Positions 1 to 13,523 of a stretch of 64,000 bases of DNA are shown piece after piece. The position numbers and the translations under genes are program-made. Numbering within the stretch: the stretch's first letter is position 1; each line of letters starts with the position of its first letter. A model generated the notes under the pieces. That model made no database searches and was not told the DNA's origin. It worked only from the letters and a program-made list of their open reading frames with translations. The DNA is from Batkoa obscura (lineage: Eukaryota), in NCBI GenBank assembly GCA_030770535.1, contig JASVEC010000027.1, forward strand, positions 496,001 through 560,000. The letters are read 5' to 3'.

Positions 1-1031
1 ATTTATTTACAATATATTCGTATTAAAACCGGAAAATAATTCTACATTGGGTTCCAATTTTCCCATATTAAAATAACACATGTAAATGTTGTTTTTACTC
101 AAAGATTTAACCAAGGGTTTTTTAAAATTTAAGCAGAGTAAAAGGTGAACAAAACTGTCAAAGGAAAAAGATACAGCTATATAAAAAAATAATGAAAATT
201 TTAAGAAAGTTTACTATTTGTTTTCAACAATTTTTGAACTTTCTAAGAATAATAAACTCCATTAAACCCATTTTTCTGACTTATTGTACGTTACAATCTT
301 TAATATTCACATTAATGTCTAAAGGTAGTAATTAAAGATCGTTATTTAAAACTAGAACATTATATGGTTCTCCAATTGTGAATCAAACACTATTATAAAT
401 TTATTTTAAGGAATGACAGATGAACCCTGTTATTGTAGAGCCGAATTGAAATGCTAATAAAAAAGTCATTAATATGAGAATAACGCAACATAAAGAATGA
501 TTTCAATATGATGTATGTATACACTAAGTTCAATCATTATGTAATTTTGAATTCGAAAAAGTTAAATTGGTTATACTTTTGTCTATTTTTTATTTATGGA
601 AGTAACACTAACTCCATTCCTACTGTTTTCTAAATCTGTTAATATGGTTTTATTTATTGAATTGAATTCTTAAAGTTGTGCACCACAGCAAAGGAAATCT
701 GAAACCAGTCCAATTACGCTTTGTTTTCCAGGGTGAAGAGTTACTTATACATACTATATTTAGACAAATCTACTCTGAATGGAATCAGATTCATAAACCC
801 AATCATATTTTATATGCAAATGAAATGCGAAAATTGATTGGAATGCTCATCATTGACACAATGCACAAAGAATGATTAAAAATAAATACAATTAGGGAAT
901 ACGTAAAAACAGCTGACTAAAAATCTCACTTTCAATCCCGAGGAAAAGAATTGTGTGAAAATGTATATAAATACTTTAAAGTCACTCATTTATTATTAAA
1001 TCTTAACAAATTTTATCTTTTTTTTTAAATT

Positions 1032-1892
1032 ATGGCTGGAGCAGACAAAGAATTTAGTATGGATATTGATGTAGCTGGAGCAAATGATTTTAAAGCAGCT
1101 AAACGTACTGGCTATGCTGGTTTTAGATATCGTTATCGTGAATATTTAGCTGAATTTTTAGGTACAACTGTACTTTTATTATTTGGAAATGGTGTATGCG
1201 CACAGGTTACTTTTAACGATGCCGCTAAAGGATCAAGTTATTTAAGTATCAATTTTGGTTGGGCTTTTGCTGTTATGCTTGGTATTTTCGTTTCTGGACC
1301 TATTTCTGGTGCTCATATTAATCCAGCAGTTACTATTAGTAACGCTATTCATGGAAAATTCCCATGGAGAAAAGTACCGGGTTTTGTAGCTGCTCAAATC
1401 CTTGGTGCTATCCTTGGCGCCGCCCTTGTTTTTCTTATGTATTGGCCAGCTTTTAATAAGTTTGATGGCGGTGTACGTCAAACTTTAGGTGATCAAGCTA
1501 CTGCTGGTATTTTCGCTACTTACCCTTACGCAACCAGTCCAATTTGGAATTGTTTCCTTACTGAAATTGTTAATACTGCTGCTATGATGGTCTGTATATG
1601 TGGTATCAATGACCCACGTCATAAAATTCCATCATGGATGGGTGCTTTAGCAGTTGGACTTTTAATTGGTGCCATTGGTATTTCTATTGGTTTTATGACT
1701 GGTTATGCTATGAATCCTGCTCGTGACTTTGGTCCTCGTTTCTTTACTCTTATGGCAGGATGGGGAACTGAACCATTTACTGCTTATAATTATTATTTCT
1801 GGAATCCTATTGTTGCCCCAATAGTAGGAGCCACTCTTGGTATCTTCCTTTACGATGTATTCATCTCACCCGCTGAGCTTGATGATGAATAG
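1032..1892 (+). CDS. Aquaglyceroporin (MIP family, GlpF/AQP3-like), intronless
   Basis: 286-aa ORF with AEFLGT, SGAHINPAVT and GYAMNPARD (the D after the second NPA marks glyceroporins); TATATAAA about 65 nt upstream. Confidence 0.95.
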   Translation: MAGADKEFSMDIDVAGANDFKAAKRTGYAGFRYRYREYLAEFLGTTVLLLFGNGVCAQVTFNDAAKGSSYLSINFGWAFAVMLGIFVSGPISGAHINPAVTISNAIHGKFPWRKVPGFVAAQILGAILGAALVFLMYWPAFNKFDGGVRQTLGDQATAGIFATYPYATSPIWNCFLTEIVNTAAMMVCICGINDPRHKIPSWMGALAVGLLIGAIGISIGFMTGYAMNPARDFGPRFFTLMAGWGTEPFTAYNYYFWNPIVAPIVGATLGIFLYDVFISPAELDDE

Positions 1893-3396
1893 ATTTTCTT
1901 CTAAACTGAGTTTAGTTTGGAGCAAAAGTTCCACAAAATAATTTTAATTAATTCTCACGAGTATTTAAATAAACCTTTTATTATTCCAGACTTCTAATAT
2001 TGAGTTAAATAGATTATTATATAAATTAACTTATTTTTAATTTTATTATAGATATATTTTATTAGACATTTTACACAATGTTTATTGAAAAGAAAAAAAT
2101 TAATTAAGTTTGGCTTAATTAAAAGATGTTTACAGGATAAGGATTGTCCTATGAAGTCAAATATAGGCGCCAACTCAGTAAATAGAAACACCTGTATGCT
2201 TTGGAAGAGGATTTATTAAACCGGCTAATAGTAAATTATACTAAAAATCTAGAACATAATACATGTGTATATTAATAAATGTTTAAATGGCTTTAACAAA
2301 AATACCAAAAGATTATTTTGTAAAATTCATTTTTAATACAAACCTTAGTTGTAATAAATATGATACATTTGTTCGTTACTGATGGAGCATCTGATCTTTC
2401 ACGATTTCAACATAAGACTTCTAATAATCTGGATAATCTTCAACATAACGTTGAGCCGACAAAGCTTATGCTATTTAATTTCAATATAATATATAAGAGC
2501 ATGATTTGTGATTCAATTCAGTAATTGACTTATTTTCTTAATGCGTTTATTTTTAGAGTTAATTAAATTTTAAAGTTCTAGCTTATTTGTATTTTTCTAT
2601 GAAACAATGAGAATATTATTTTCCAGAGTCCATTCTTTTTAAAAACGAAAGAACGAGGTCCCAAGTAGTTTATTTCAATAGAAAAGAAAAGAAAAGATGA
2701 CAAAACCTCAACTAAAAGTTAAAGAATTAATTTTACGTTTTCCTGATTTAGAGTTGTGTAGGTAAAAGAAAGCTATTTGGTGTGAAGATTCATTAAATAA
2801 TCTTTAAAAGTGAATTCACGTTTTAAACTAAAATTTATTTTTAATATTTGTCAATTTTAACCCGATAATGTCTGAACTCAATTATATTAAATGATTCAAA
2901 GATAAATATATAATATAAAAAGCAGACTAAAAGAAAAGATTAAAGTATAAAGTTTATTATGTCACAGAAAAGATAAGTATCTAGGCTTTTATTAGAGACA
3001 TGGTATTATAGTTAGAGATGTAAATCATTTTTATAAAAATTAATTGAGTAAAAAGCAAAATCTTTGAAAGAAAATGATTTAATTTCATGAAAAATATTAT
3101 GGGGTATTTAAACTCTTTTTTAATGCTATAATAATAAACAACATATGAATCTGAATCTATAAATTATTTCTTTAAAACATTTCCAATATTTACTTATAGC
3201 TTTAAGGCTATTTTATCATTTTAGTAGCTTATTTAATTACTCTTAATATTAGAAAACGGCTGATTTTAAAAACAAAAACTCATTTTATGGTCACAATTGA
3301 AACTAAATACATATAGCATTTAACACTAATGTAATTTATTAATACTAGTAATTATTACATAAGATTAATGTATTTAATTTATTACTAAGAAACATA

Positions 3397-3541
3397 ATAT
3401 TATTGATTCAATTTAAAGACAACATGGGCATTTTCAATTTTGTATTTTCTAATGTTAATCATGTCAATTTTTTCAATTTTTGAATTTGATGAAAATAGAA
3501 ATGAAAATGCTCATATTATGTTTAAATCGAATCAGCAATAT
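3397..3541. repeat. Imperfect foldback (~50-bp arms), possible MITE
   Basis: atattattgattcaatttaaagacaacatgggcattttc matches the reverse complement of gaaaatgctcatattatgtttaaatcgaatcagcaatat with mismatches. Confidence 0.6.
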
Positions 3542-3688
3542 CTATTTATATTTTAATAGTATTTTCATAATATATGAACTTTAACAAAAAATAAATTAGT
3601 AAATAGTGATTAATTTAGCTGTTGTAGCTATATATTAAAACCCGCTTGGTATCTAATTAACTAACTTTATTTTTAATATTCAGAACAT

Positions 3689-3790
3689 ATGAGGATGTTT
3701 TTTTGGTTTCATTACTTTTTCCATTTTTTAAGCGCTATTTGAGCGGAAAGATTGTTAGTAAAATTGTTAAACACAAAAAAACATTCTCAT
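3689..3790 (-). mobile_element. MITE family A copy (~100 bp). Strand is arbitrary: + reads ATGGGGATGTATTTTT...CAAATAGCGCTT
   Basis: Ends atgaggatg...cattctcat, core aagcgctatttgagcgg. Confidence 0.85.
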
Positions 3791-4650
3791 TTATACTATT
3801 TATAAATTATAACAAGCAAATCAATAAGCGATTAAAATATAAAAGTTGGATACCTACTTAATGTGGTAAATTATAGTATATTTTAAAATTATCTTAAAAA
3901 ATCAAAAAGGCAAAATTATTTATACTTTTGTACTTTAAATAATATAAGGAGACTTATATTTAGCATAAGGAATATTGGATACAAGTCCTCAAGACACAGC
4001 TTGTTTCAGTGATCCTATGGATTAAGGGCGGAGTAGTTTTGTGTTATTTAACCTTGTAATAGTCGAGCAATTATATTAGGCATTATTCAATTTACATAGT
4101 CTTACTATTTATTTCCACTGAGCCATTAATTAAAAGGTAAGGTATTTAGATTAATGAGGCTATTGCTTATTCTTTTAATGACTCTCACCTGTATTAGTCT
4201 TATATTTAAAAGACTGAATGACTAATGTTCCCTTAGCTCTAGCTGGTCAAGTCCTAATTAACAGTGAATTCACTAAAATATAGTTTTTTACAATTTACAA
4301 TATCAACATACTAAAAAGATAGGCAAAAATTCGAAAATTTGCAAAGACTAGTTGATGTAATAGTAGTGCATTCAACTTCAGATTGTCTTTAATTTAATAA
4401 TGATTTGTATTATTGTTAGTATACAAAAGAAACGAACTATATTACAAGTAAGAAGCTACAATATTTACTTTTACTAAATCTAATAAAAGTTATTATAATA
4501 TTAAAAAAAAAATTTAAACTAGTTAAAACTAGTAGTTAGTGGGCTATTGTAGTATGAGTATCACTGAAAGCAGCTCATAACACTCAATAACTCTTTTAGC
4601 TATAGCTATAATAAAACTAATAATTAAATAATAATATTCAAAAAGATCGT

Positions 4651-4748
4651 ATGGGGATATTCTTTTTGTTTAAGAATTTTACTAGCAGTTTTTCTGCTCA
4701 ATAGCGCTTAAAAAATGGAAGTGATGAAACTAAAAAATGTATTCTCAT
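4651..4748 (+). mobile_element. MITE family A copy
   Basis: atggggatat...ctcaatagcgcttaaaa...attctcat. Confidence 0.85.
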
Positions 4749-4786
4749 ATATTTAACCCATAGAATTCTTTCTTTGATTTAAACAA

Positions 4787-4884
4787 ACGGGGGTGTTCTT
4801 TTTGGGTTCATCACTTTTTCATCTTTTAAGCGCTATTTGAGCGAAAAAATCAGTAAAATTTTTAAACACAAAAATACATCCCCA
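4787..4884 (-). mobile_element. MITE family A copy, inverted relative to its neighbour
   Basis: gggggtgtt...aagcgctatttgagcg...atacatcccca. Confidence 0.85.
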
Positions 4885-5022
4885 AATATCACTTGTGTTA
4901 TTTATGTAAAAATTACACACCGTTACTAGTCAACGTGAAAAAATTTCTCACTATAATCAAAACCTTTAAATACAATTAACAAAGTAAAATTATAAGAAAA
5001 AATGATTTCCAAAAAGGGAATT

Positions 5023-5094
5023 GGCTAGCTGGCGCAATGGTAGCGCGTTGGACTCCAGATCTAGAGGTTAGAGGTTCGACTCCTCTGCTGGTCA
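5023..5094 (+). tRNA. tRNA-Trp (CCA), intronless
   Basis: Acceptor stem GGCTAGC/GCTGGTC plus discriminator A, D-arm TGGCGCAATGGTAGCGC, anticodon loop CT-CCA-GA, T-loop GGTTCGACTCC, downstream T-run. Confidence 0.95.
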
Positions 5095-6202
5095 AATTTT
5101 TATACTTTTGAATATTATTCTTTTTTAATATTAAATTTAAATATTTTTCTTGTTTAACTCAGATTTGAAACATACCAAATTTAAATGACTAAGGAAATTA
5201 GAAATTGAGATTTGGTTTCCACCACTTGTAAGGATCAAAATGGAAAAAAAGCAGCCTGTATTTAATCATTTTTCAAGTATTGTCTAGTAATTGATTGTTA
5301 TATGTCGTGGGTATGCCATTTTGAACTATAAAAATATAACAAAAATTGATTTCAGATATAAAGATTGGAGCTTCAACTCCTCATCTAGTTACTATTTTTA
5401 CAATTTTATCTTGCTATAAAGACTATAGCCTTTATCATAAAATAACAGTGTGGTGTCTTTCACTGTAGTAGTAGTAAATAAATATCCTGATAAAATATCC
5501 ATTTTTGGATAAAACGAATTTCACTCAGCCAAACAATTGATTTAATTATAAGTGCAGCTACAACTAGTGTTTAAAGGACAATATTTCGAATGATTTTAAC
5601 TAAAACTCATACTGATATTGTTAGAAAATTAGTTTTAGTTTTAGATTCAAAGTTAGTGTTATTCTTTGATGTTACAATTTTATCTTCTATTTGTAACATA
5701 TTTTTAATGGTATAAAGATAAATTCATCACCAAAGGTGAACTTATCTGGACACTCATTTACCCCCTTTTTTATTCTGTTATTTGTCTGTTTTTTATACAA
5801 AATAAAACCTCCATTATTAGTTAAATACTAAAGCAAAAGAAGACATTTATACTTGATAATTATAACAAATATTTAATGTTTTGGTAATATTTGAACTACT
5901 ATTTTATACGATGACCTAAGGATTTTAGCTATGTAATACAAAATAATATTTAAAGTTAGTAAAGTGATAAAATTGGAGCTTATTTATTTTTCAAGTAATT
6001 AAAATATGTTTAATTTTACAACAATAATTATTATAACCCATTTTAACAATAAAATTTAACACCAAACTTACATACTCAAAACAACGTCATGATAACTATT
6101 AGTAATACATTCATTCAATCACTTTAATTAAGTACATTTCATCACTTAATTTTGTTTTTTTTTCTTTGACAGTAAATTATCAATAATTTATCATATTCTA
6201 CT

Positions 6203-8031
6203 TTAATTCTCCATGAAACTGGTGATTTTGACTGAAAAAGATTCATCGCTATTTGATTTCGAGCTAATGGGTAACAAAGGCAACGAAGGTGGAGGAGAAT
6301 GGTAATTCAATTCTTCATCCCTACGGCAAAATAGAGCTGACCAATATTTAAGGTACCTGGTATCAGCAATGATACTTTTACTATTATCAATATCAGTTGA
6401 ATAGATTGGATTAATGTATTGGTCTCTATCCGACATGATTTTCGACCAAATCGAATACGTGCTATTAAATAAATTAGGTTGCTGTTTTAAGTCCTGTTCT
6501 CTGTCAAATAAAAAGTTAGCAAATTGACAAGAATAAGTATGTTGATATAAATGTATCAAAAACTTTTCATTAAATTCAAACATGGTTGGATTTTGTATCC
6601 AAAGTTGATATGTACAGTCTAAAAATTGATGAAAAATTGGACTCGTTTCTTTATCCTGTTCTGGTTTAGCTGAAGCATATTGATAAAACTTATTTTGCAT
6701 GTTAGAAAGCAAACTTGGGCTACTAGTATGATTCAATTGAATCGAAGAATTATCTACAAATGCTTTGCTTTTTGTCAAATGCCCACATCGACTACGAAAT
6801 TTGTATCCAAAACTTATCCAATCCTTTTCAATTAATATACAAAACCCTTTTATAGTACGATAAAAAGGATCGAGGCATAACGCAGAAAGTGAAGTGATTT
6901 GGGCCGTACGATCCCAGCCATCGGAACAATGTACAACAACGTGAGAATCTAATTCATCAACATGCTTTATTACTTGGTTAGTAGCGTCCATTATTGTTCG
7001 AATATGCTTAAGCCAATTGCTTTTAGTTAATTGTATTCTACTAATAACTCCTTTCCCATCTGCAATGCAAATAGCTTCATTTAATTTATTAAGTGATTCC
7101 CTTACCACATGTATATTTTCTATACCCATAAACTCTCTTTTACAGTTAGGATAAAAGTCCATATTCTCCGAACCTGCACCAATAGCTTGATTAGCCATAG
7201 CATTAACCCCAGGTCTTGCATCAACAATAAGGTTGTCTTTTGAAGGCTTGGTTTCAAAAATGGCTTGAATTAATCTTTCGTCTTGATACGAGCGATTTTT
7301 TTGAATACCAAGTAGTGGTTGGCTACATCTTGTAATAGAAGATCCATTTGGATGTAAATAAGTCAATACTGGAAGTCGACATTTACTTCGATATTTACAA
7401 GCATATTTTAAAACCGCATCACTTACTGATGTTGGCACTACTAAGGTACTAGGATAAGTAGGACTAAAATTATAACTAGAATTAATCGTTGTGAATCTCC
7501 AACTATTGCTGTTTGTTTCTATTCCCATACGTTGGAACTCTTCCATAGGTTCGTAGATCTTCCAGCCCTGTTCACGTTTGAAGGTAAATGGGGTACGAGG
7601 CTCAAAATAAAACGCATAAACACTAGTAATAGCATCTGGAATTATAAAGATATAAAGTCAATTTTTTTAGAAAAATAGATTAGAGTTTACCTATGCAAGT
7701 TAACTTCTTAATGGAATCAAAAGCGTCTAATACAAGGCTTTGAGATTTAAAAGAAAGTACAAAAAAAAGAAAGTGATGGCACTTAATTTCTAAAGGATAT
7801 TTACCATCATCAGTTAAAGGTAGACATTGTACGGATGAAATCAAAGAATAAGTAACCCATTTTTCTTCGTTTGGATGGGAGAAAATGAGATGGTGCGGGG
7901 TTAAATGTAAAGTTCCAATTAGGGTCTCTGAGTGCATTAAAAGACTTACATCATTTACCTTAATGTATTTAATTGGAAGCTGTGATTTTCAAATGACTTA
8001 TAGTTACCTTGGTTACTTTTATATGTTCCAT
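6203..8031 (-). CDS. YMR1: Myotubularin-family phosphoinositide 3-phosphatase (Ymr1/MTMR-like); exons 8008-8031, 7691-7958, 6203-7635
   Basis: Catalytic VHCSDGWDRT, PTYP, SRCSQP-like and SPIFHQFLDC motifs; two GT-AG introns join the ORF-track pieces in frame from MEHIKVTK. Confidence 0.92.
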
Positions 8032-8897
8032 TATAAAATTAAATTTGCATATATTTGAATAAATAGTTGGCTTATTAATAACAACTTATTTTTATTTATT
8101 TTCCTTTGTCATTAACTAATTTTCAAGTGACAGCTATTGTTTTTATTGGTTTGTTATTGGATTTTGTTCTTTCATTGGATACTTTAAATTTAAGTTAAAG
8201 GGAAAATATAAGAATTTGATGGTTAACAATAAATCAGGTATATTTTAGTATATAAAATATAATATAAACTATAAGACGAAGATAGATTAAAGATGAAACT
8301 ATAGTGAATCAACAAAAGTTAACTATAAAATATTTCAACAACAAAATGTCCTCAAAAAAGGGGTGAATATGTTCTTATTTAACAGCTTTTATTCTATTTA
8401 TTTTGCTTATTAAAATAAAACATTTATTGAAAGTTATATACATATTAATATCAAATAAACTTAGTTGCATTATTTATATATTTGACTAATAAATGAATTA
8501 TTGATACTAGACTAATAAATTAAAAATAAATTAAAAAGTAAAATATACGCATAGTGCTTTGGAGTGGATGGTGAAGAAAAGGGACTGTGTTTTATTTAAA
8601 TTGTTAACGAATTTAATATTTTCCAATATTATTAATAGCCCGACAAAATCTTCAATCACACTAGTTCATTATCCACTAAAAAATGCTTTGTATAAAAGTA
8701 GATATCAAAATTAATAATAAAACGTTAATAAGTTAAGCCGGCTATTCTCTTACTTTCATAGCTAATTTATTGAGTTATATTTTAAAATAATAATAATAAT
8801 AGTAACAAATAGTATAAAAGACTTGGGTTTTCTAGTAAATAAAACCATCAAACAATCAATATACACATAGTAATTTCAAATTAATAATAGTAGAATA

Positions 8898-9173
8898 ATG
8901 TTTAAATTCTTTTTACTCTTACTCTTATCCTTATACTTTGTTACTGGTTCCAAAGTAATTAAAGCAGGTACTAAAGTAGTTGCAGAAGTAGCTAAAGACG
9001 TAGCTCATCGTTATGTTGTTGGTAAAATGGAAGATCAGACACCAAAGCCAAAGACGGATGTACCAAAATTTCAAATGCCAAAACCTACAAAGCTAGGTGT
9101 TGAATATTTTAATGAGCACCAAAAAAAGAGATTTGGGAGAAGTTGGATTAAAAAAATCGTTAAAAGCCTTTAA
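8898..9173 (+). CDS. Secreted cationic peptide family, copy 1 (intact, 91 aa)
   Basis: Hydrophobic N-terminal signal MFKFFLLLLLSLYFVTG; paralogous to 8 neighbours; TATAAAA ~85 nt upstream and AATAAA after the stop. Confidence 0.9.
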   Translation: MFKFFLLLLLSLYFVTGSKVIKAGTKVVAEVAKDVAHRYVVGKMEDQTPKPKTDVPKFQMPKPTKLGVEYFNEHQKKRFGRSWIKKIVKSL

Positions 9174-10707
9174 CTGAATAATAAATTGTTATTTTTATAA
9201 GATCCTTTATAAACTATGTTACTATTATTCGATGTTTTATTTTATGAAGTGCTTAAAAAGTGATTTATATTTTATTATAAGTAGTTTTTGGATTGATAAA
9301 ACTAAGCAACTATAATTTAATAGCCAGGGTAATTACTGTGTAGTCAATTTACTGATGAACTGATCACTATCTATAATAATAGCAACTACATGTGCATTTT
9401 ATTATAACAATGGGACAAGTTTGAAATAGATTTCCTTCTACCATGATTAAACTTAAGTGTTTTATTCTACTTTTATTTAATAGACTAATTATTCCTAATA
9501 ACTATAAATTTTGATTGGAATTGGTTTAGCTTATTAAGTACATTCAGATCTCTCATGCCTAGCCCTATAGATATAATAGCTTAGTTTGTAAGTAACATTG
9601 ATTTATTTTTTACAGTGAAGATTGTCTTTATTTATAATTAGTAGTTAATATTACAAGTATCAATCTTAAAATTTCACAAAAAGTAGGTCTAAACAATCAT
9701 TTAGTTTAAGTTCAATTTAATTAATAAGTTACTATAACTAGTAGTTTTATCTTTTCTTGGAATTAATTTATTGAATACTTATCTATGACAATTATTCATT
9801 GTATATTTTAATAAACAGCAGCTTATAAAAATGAATTAAAGTAATGGAACCATGGGCTACAAGTATAAACATAATCTTAATATTTTAGATATTCAATTCC
9901 AAAATATTAAGATGGTGTTATAAAATACGATAAATTTGATTATGGAATTAATCCAGAAATTAATATATTATTCAAAAATAGGATAGATGCGTTATTGTTT
10001 AACAGCTCTTATTTTAATTTATTTTTTATTCATTAAAATACCAGAAATATTCAATAGGATTTTTATTTTAAACTTACCTATTATTACATTTAATATTGAA
10101 TGAATCCTAGCTATATCATCATTATCTTTAACTTATAAATAAATTATTGTAATTATATTAATATATTAAAATATAAATTAGAAACAGGTAAATAAATTTT
10201 TGAATCATGCTAATTTGCCATCCTGTTACGGTTGCTACAATTGTAAAAGCACTTTGTATAAAACTATAGAGCAAAATTAATAACATAATTTAGATAAATA
10301 AAGTTAATTATCCTTATTATTTCATAGCTTATCTATTAAATTTGTATTTAAAATAAAAATGGCTTAAATATAACATATTTCAGTAAACATACTGGCATCA
10401 TGTATTAAATAACAATAATTGAATATAAAATTTAAAAAATTTACTAAAAAATTACCTTAAAAAGTAAATAAAAAATAAAAAAATACATCAATATTTTAGA
10501 AATGAACTCATGCTATTAAAATAAATATATTGATATTTGAAAATATGAATTCATGCTAATAAAAACACTAATATCAATACTTTAACAAAAAATCCCGTAC
10601 TAATAAAAATAAAAATGAATAATATAAAAGGGATACAATTTCAAGCAGACAAAAGCATTAAACAATTAATATAAACGCAATAGTCTTTAAGTAAAAACAG
10701 TTGAATC

Positions 10708-10983
10708 ATGTTCAAATTCTTCTTATTCTTCCTCTTATCTTTATACTTTGTTACTGGTTCCGGGATACTCAGAGCAGGTGTTAAATTAGGCACAGAGGTA
10801 GCTAAAGATTTAGCTCATCGTTACGTTGTTGATAAAGTGAAAGATCAAGTACCAAAGCCAAAGACAAATGTACCAAAACTTCCAGTATATAAACCAACAA
10901 AGCTAGGTGTTGAGCTATTTAATAAGTATCATAATAAGAAATTCGGAAAGAGATGGGTTAAAAAGATTATTAATAGCATTTAA
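10708..10983 (+). CDS. Secreted cationic peptide family, copy 2 (intact, 91 aa)
   Basis: Same signal peptide, KDLAHRYVV, C-terminal GKRWVKKIINSI. Confidence 0.9.
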   Translation: MFKFFLFFLLSLYFVTGSGILRAGVKLGTEVAKDLAHRYVVDKVKDQVPKPKTNVPKLPVYKPTKLGVELFNKYHNKKFGKRWVKKIINSI

Positions 10984-12238
10984 CTTAATAAAAATTTGAT
11001 ATTTTTATTAGATTTAACTATATTTTATATTATTGGTATTGAATTCTAATTTTATTAGATATCTATAAGTTTGACTTTTATTAAATATAATTTTAAAGTT
11101 TTAGGATCAAACTCCCCTAAGCCCAATAACCTAGAGTAACTATTATGTGATGAACTCATTGATGAATTAATCATTAATCCCTTTTTATTATCACAGTGGA
11201 GTTTGGTTTCCAGTAGATCACTTAATGCACAATCAGAAATGAATGGTTTATCATCCATTTATTATCTAATTAACATCAGTCATTCTGACTAACTGTAGCT
11301 TTCAATTGAAATTAATTTGGATTATTAAATACTTTCGGGTATCTCATAACCGATTCTAGGATAATACAATAGTTTGACCTTCAGGAAATAATGTTTTATT
11401 TTGTAAGCTCAAAGCTGCTTTGTGCTGTGACATGTAATTAATGCTACTGATAATAGCCTTAAGGTCTCATAAATATTAGTGTAGAAATAATTACTCATTC
11501 CAAGTTTAAATCTTTCAAGGAGTTGTTATATCCGATGTATGTTAGCTCTTGACATGGTTCATTTATTAAAGGCTTACATAAAACAACTTATTTAATATTT
11601 TGATAAATACTAGCTTACGGAGACTGAATTGAAGACTACGGAATTATGGGCTGGAATCAAAAATAAAATAACCCTACTTTATTTTAAAATAGGATGATGA
11701 TAAAAAGGATCAAATTGTCAAATATAATAAGTACGGTTTTGAAGACTATGTTGATTTTGTGGCTTCATTATTTTATTTTCCCTATGTTGATTTTTTAATA
11801 TAATTATACAATAGAATGATAAAAATATAAATGAACTTTTATGAAAGAGATTTTTTTCAACAAAGTAATATACCAAATAGGGCATTTTATGTTTACCTAT
11901 TAAACTATTATATGAGTAAGAAATCCTATTAATTTTTATTAAAAGTAGTTTATTTCCTTAAAATAACAATAAGCGTATATATGTTAAATGATAGGCTTTT
12001 AAAACAGCCAACTTATAATAATCTAAAGGCTCTGCAAACAAACAATAAAGTATTGCTATCGAATCAATATTGAAAAAAATATTGAATGTATTTTATTTTA
12101 AAATATTCAGAAAACTGTTATAAAAAAATAACAAAACATTTACAAAAATAAAATTCTAAACTTAACTTTATAATTGAGTTATTGATTAAATTTATCAAGA
12201 GTATTATAAAAATTGAAATTATTGTATTAAAACATCAT

Positions 12239-12341
12239 ATGGGGATGTATTTTTTTGTTTAAGAATTCTACTAATAATCTTTCCGCTCAAATAGCGCTTA
12301 AAAAATGGAGAAAATAATGAAGTCAAAAAAAACACCCCCAT
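12239..12341 (+). mobile_element. MITE family A copy (near consensus)
   Basis: ATAT-GGGGATGT...ccgctcaaatagcgctt...ACACCCCC-ATAT. Confidence 0.9.
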
Positions 12342-12746
12342 ATAAGGTAAAAAGGTTCGAAGTTTTACAAGTATTTGGTATGTATATTTATTTGGTAAGT
12401 TGAGTTGTTTATTTGGGGTTAAAGGATTAAAATATCTAGGTAATTCACCTCTATTGTTCCAAATTGTTATCTGGAAACTCCCCTTTCTTCTACTTCCGTA
12501 ACTTATTATATCTGATTGAACCTATACAGAAATGAATTCAAATCAGTTCAATATAACTTGTTACTATTCAAGGATGGTTTATAGGAAATTGAAGGTCTTC
12601 CGGTAATCTAATAGTTCCTATTAACCGCCTTTCTTGCTTTTATGGTATCTTATCTCGGTCTAATTTCTAAATAGATAAAAGCGCTTAAAAGTCATAAGTT
12701 GGCTCTTCTAAGGTTATTAAATAAATTAAAAATATTAAAATTTTAA

Positions 12747-12848
12747 TATGGAAATGCCATTTTCGTTTTAATATTTGACTGAGGATAATTTTTAAAATTT
12801 GTTCTAAAAAATGAACAAAGTATTGAAAACGAAAATGATATTTCTATA
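12747..12848. repeat. Imperfect inverted repeat (~30-bp arms)
   Basis: tatggaaatgccattttcgttttaata versus tattgaaaacgaaaatgatatttctata. Confidence 0.55.
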
Positions 12849-13220
12849 AATAAACTTTAAAGAATAGCAAATTGAATAATTTAATAAGAATAATAAATAA
12901 ATAAAAATAAATAAAAATAAACAAAATAAAATATTCGAATTAGTTTCGTAAATTAAGAACTATATACATTTATAAAGTAAAAAGGTAAGCTGAATGATTA
13001 CTATAAAAGTAAATAAATAAATGATAAAAAATAAATTGATATTTTTAAATGAACTCATAGTATTAAAAATAAAAATAAAAGTAATACAATTAGTATTTTG
13101 AAAAGTGAATTCATATCAATGTAAGGAAAGCAGATAATATAAAAAGCATCCGATTCATAAGAAATGAAAGTATCAAACAATCAATATAACACACAATAAC
13201 TAATAACTAATATCCACAAA

Positions 13221-13523
13221 ATGATGATTAAATTTTACTTATTCTTCATCTTAGCCTTATACTTTGTTGCTGCTTCCCGCGTGTTTAAAACAGGCACTAA
13301 AATAATCAAGGATGGGGCGAAAGATTTAGCTCATAACTATGGAGCTGAAGCGTTGAAAGGACAATCAAACCGACAATCAAACTCACAACCAAAGGCAAGC
13401 CCTAAAGCACCAAAGCCAAAGGCAAATGTACCAAAACCATCAAAATCCCAACAGGAGTCGCTTCATAGTGCTCTTAAAAACAAGGGCAGAAGCTGGATTC
13501 AAAAGATCGTTAATAAGCTCTAA
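13221..13523 (+). CDS. Secreted cationic peptide family, copy 3 (intact, 100 aa, longer hinge)
   Basis: Signal peptide, KDLAHNY, PKAPKPK hinge, GRSWIQKIVNKL. Confidence 0.9.
   Translation: MMIKFYLFFILALYFVAASRVFKTGTKIIKDGAKDLAHNYGAEALKGQSNRQSNSQPKASPKAPKPKANVPKPSKSQQESLHSALKNKGRSWIQKIVNKL

Noticed and set aside
678..2191. Short track ORFs 678-875, 1242-1481 and 1994-2191
   Set aside because: No recognisable motifs; antisense to the aquaporin or non-ATG starts in AT-rich DNA
2698..2800. MTKPQLKVKELILRFPDLELCR*KKAIWC as a transposase N-terminal remnant
   Set aside because: Too short and interrupted to support without a search
11055..11258. Antisense ORF in the array spacer as an immunity or partner gene (also 26253-26468 and 16504-16740)
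   Set aside because: I could not find the ORF preserved in the homologous spacers, so it is probably chance
13512..13523. C-terminal NKL as a peroxisomal PTS1
   Set aside because: Not conserved across paralogs (KSL, NSI, NSF) and all have N-terminal signal peptides
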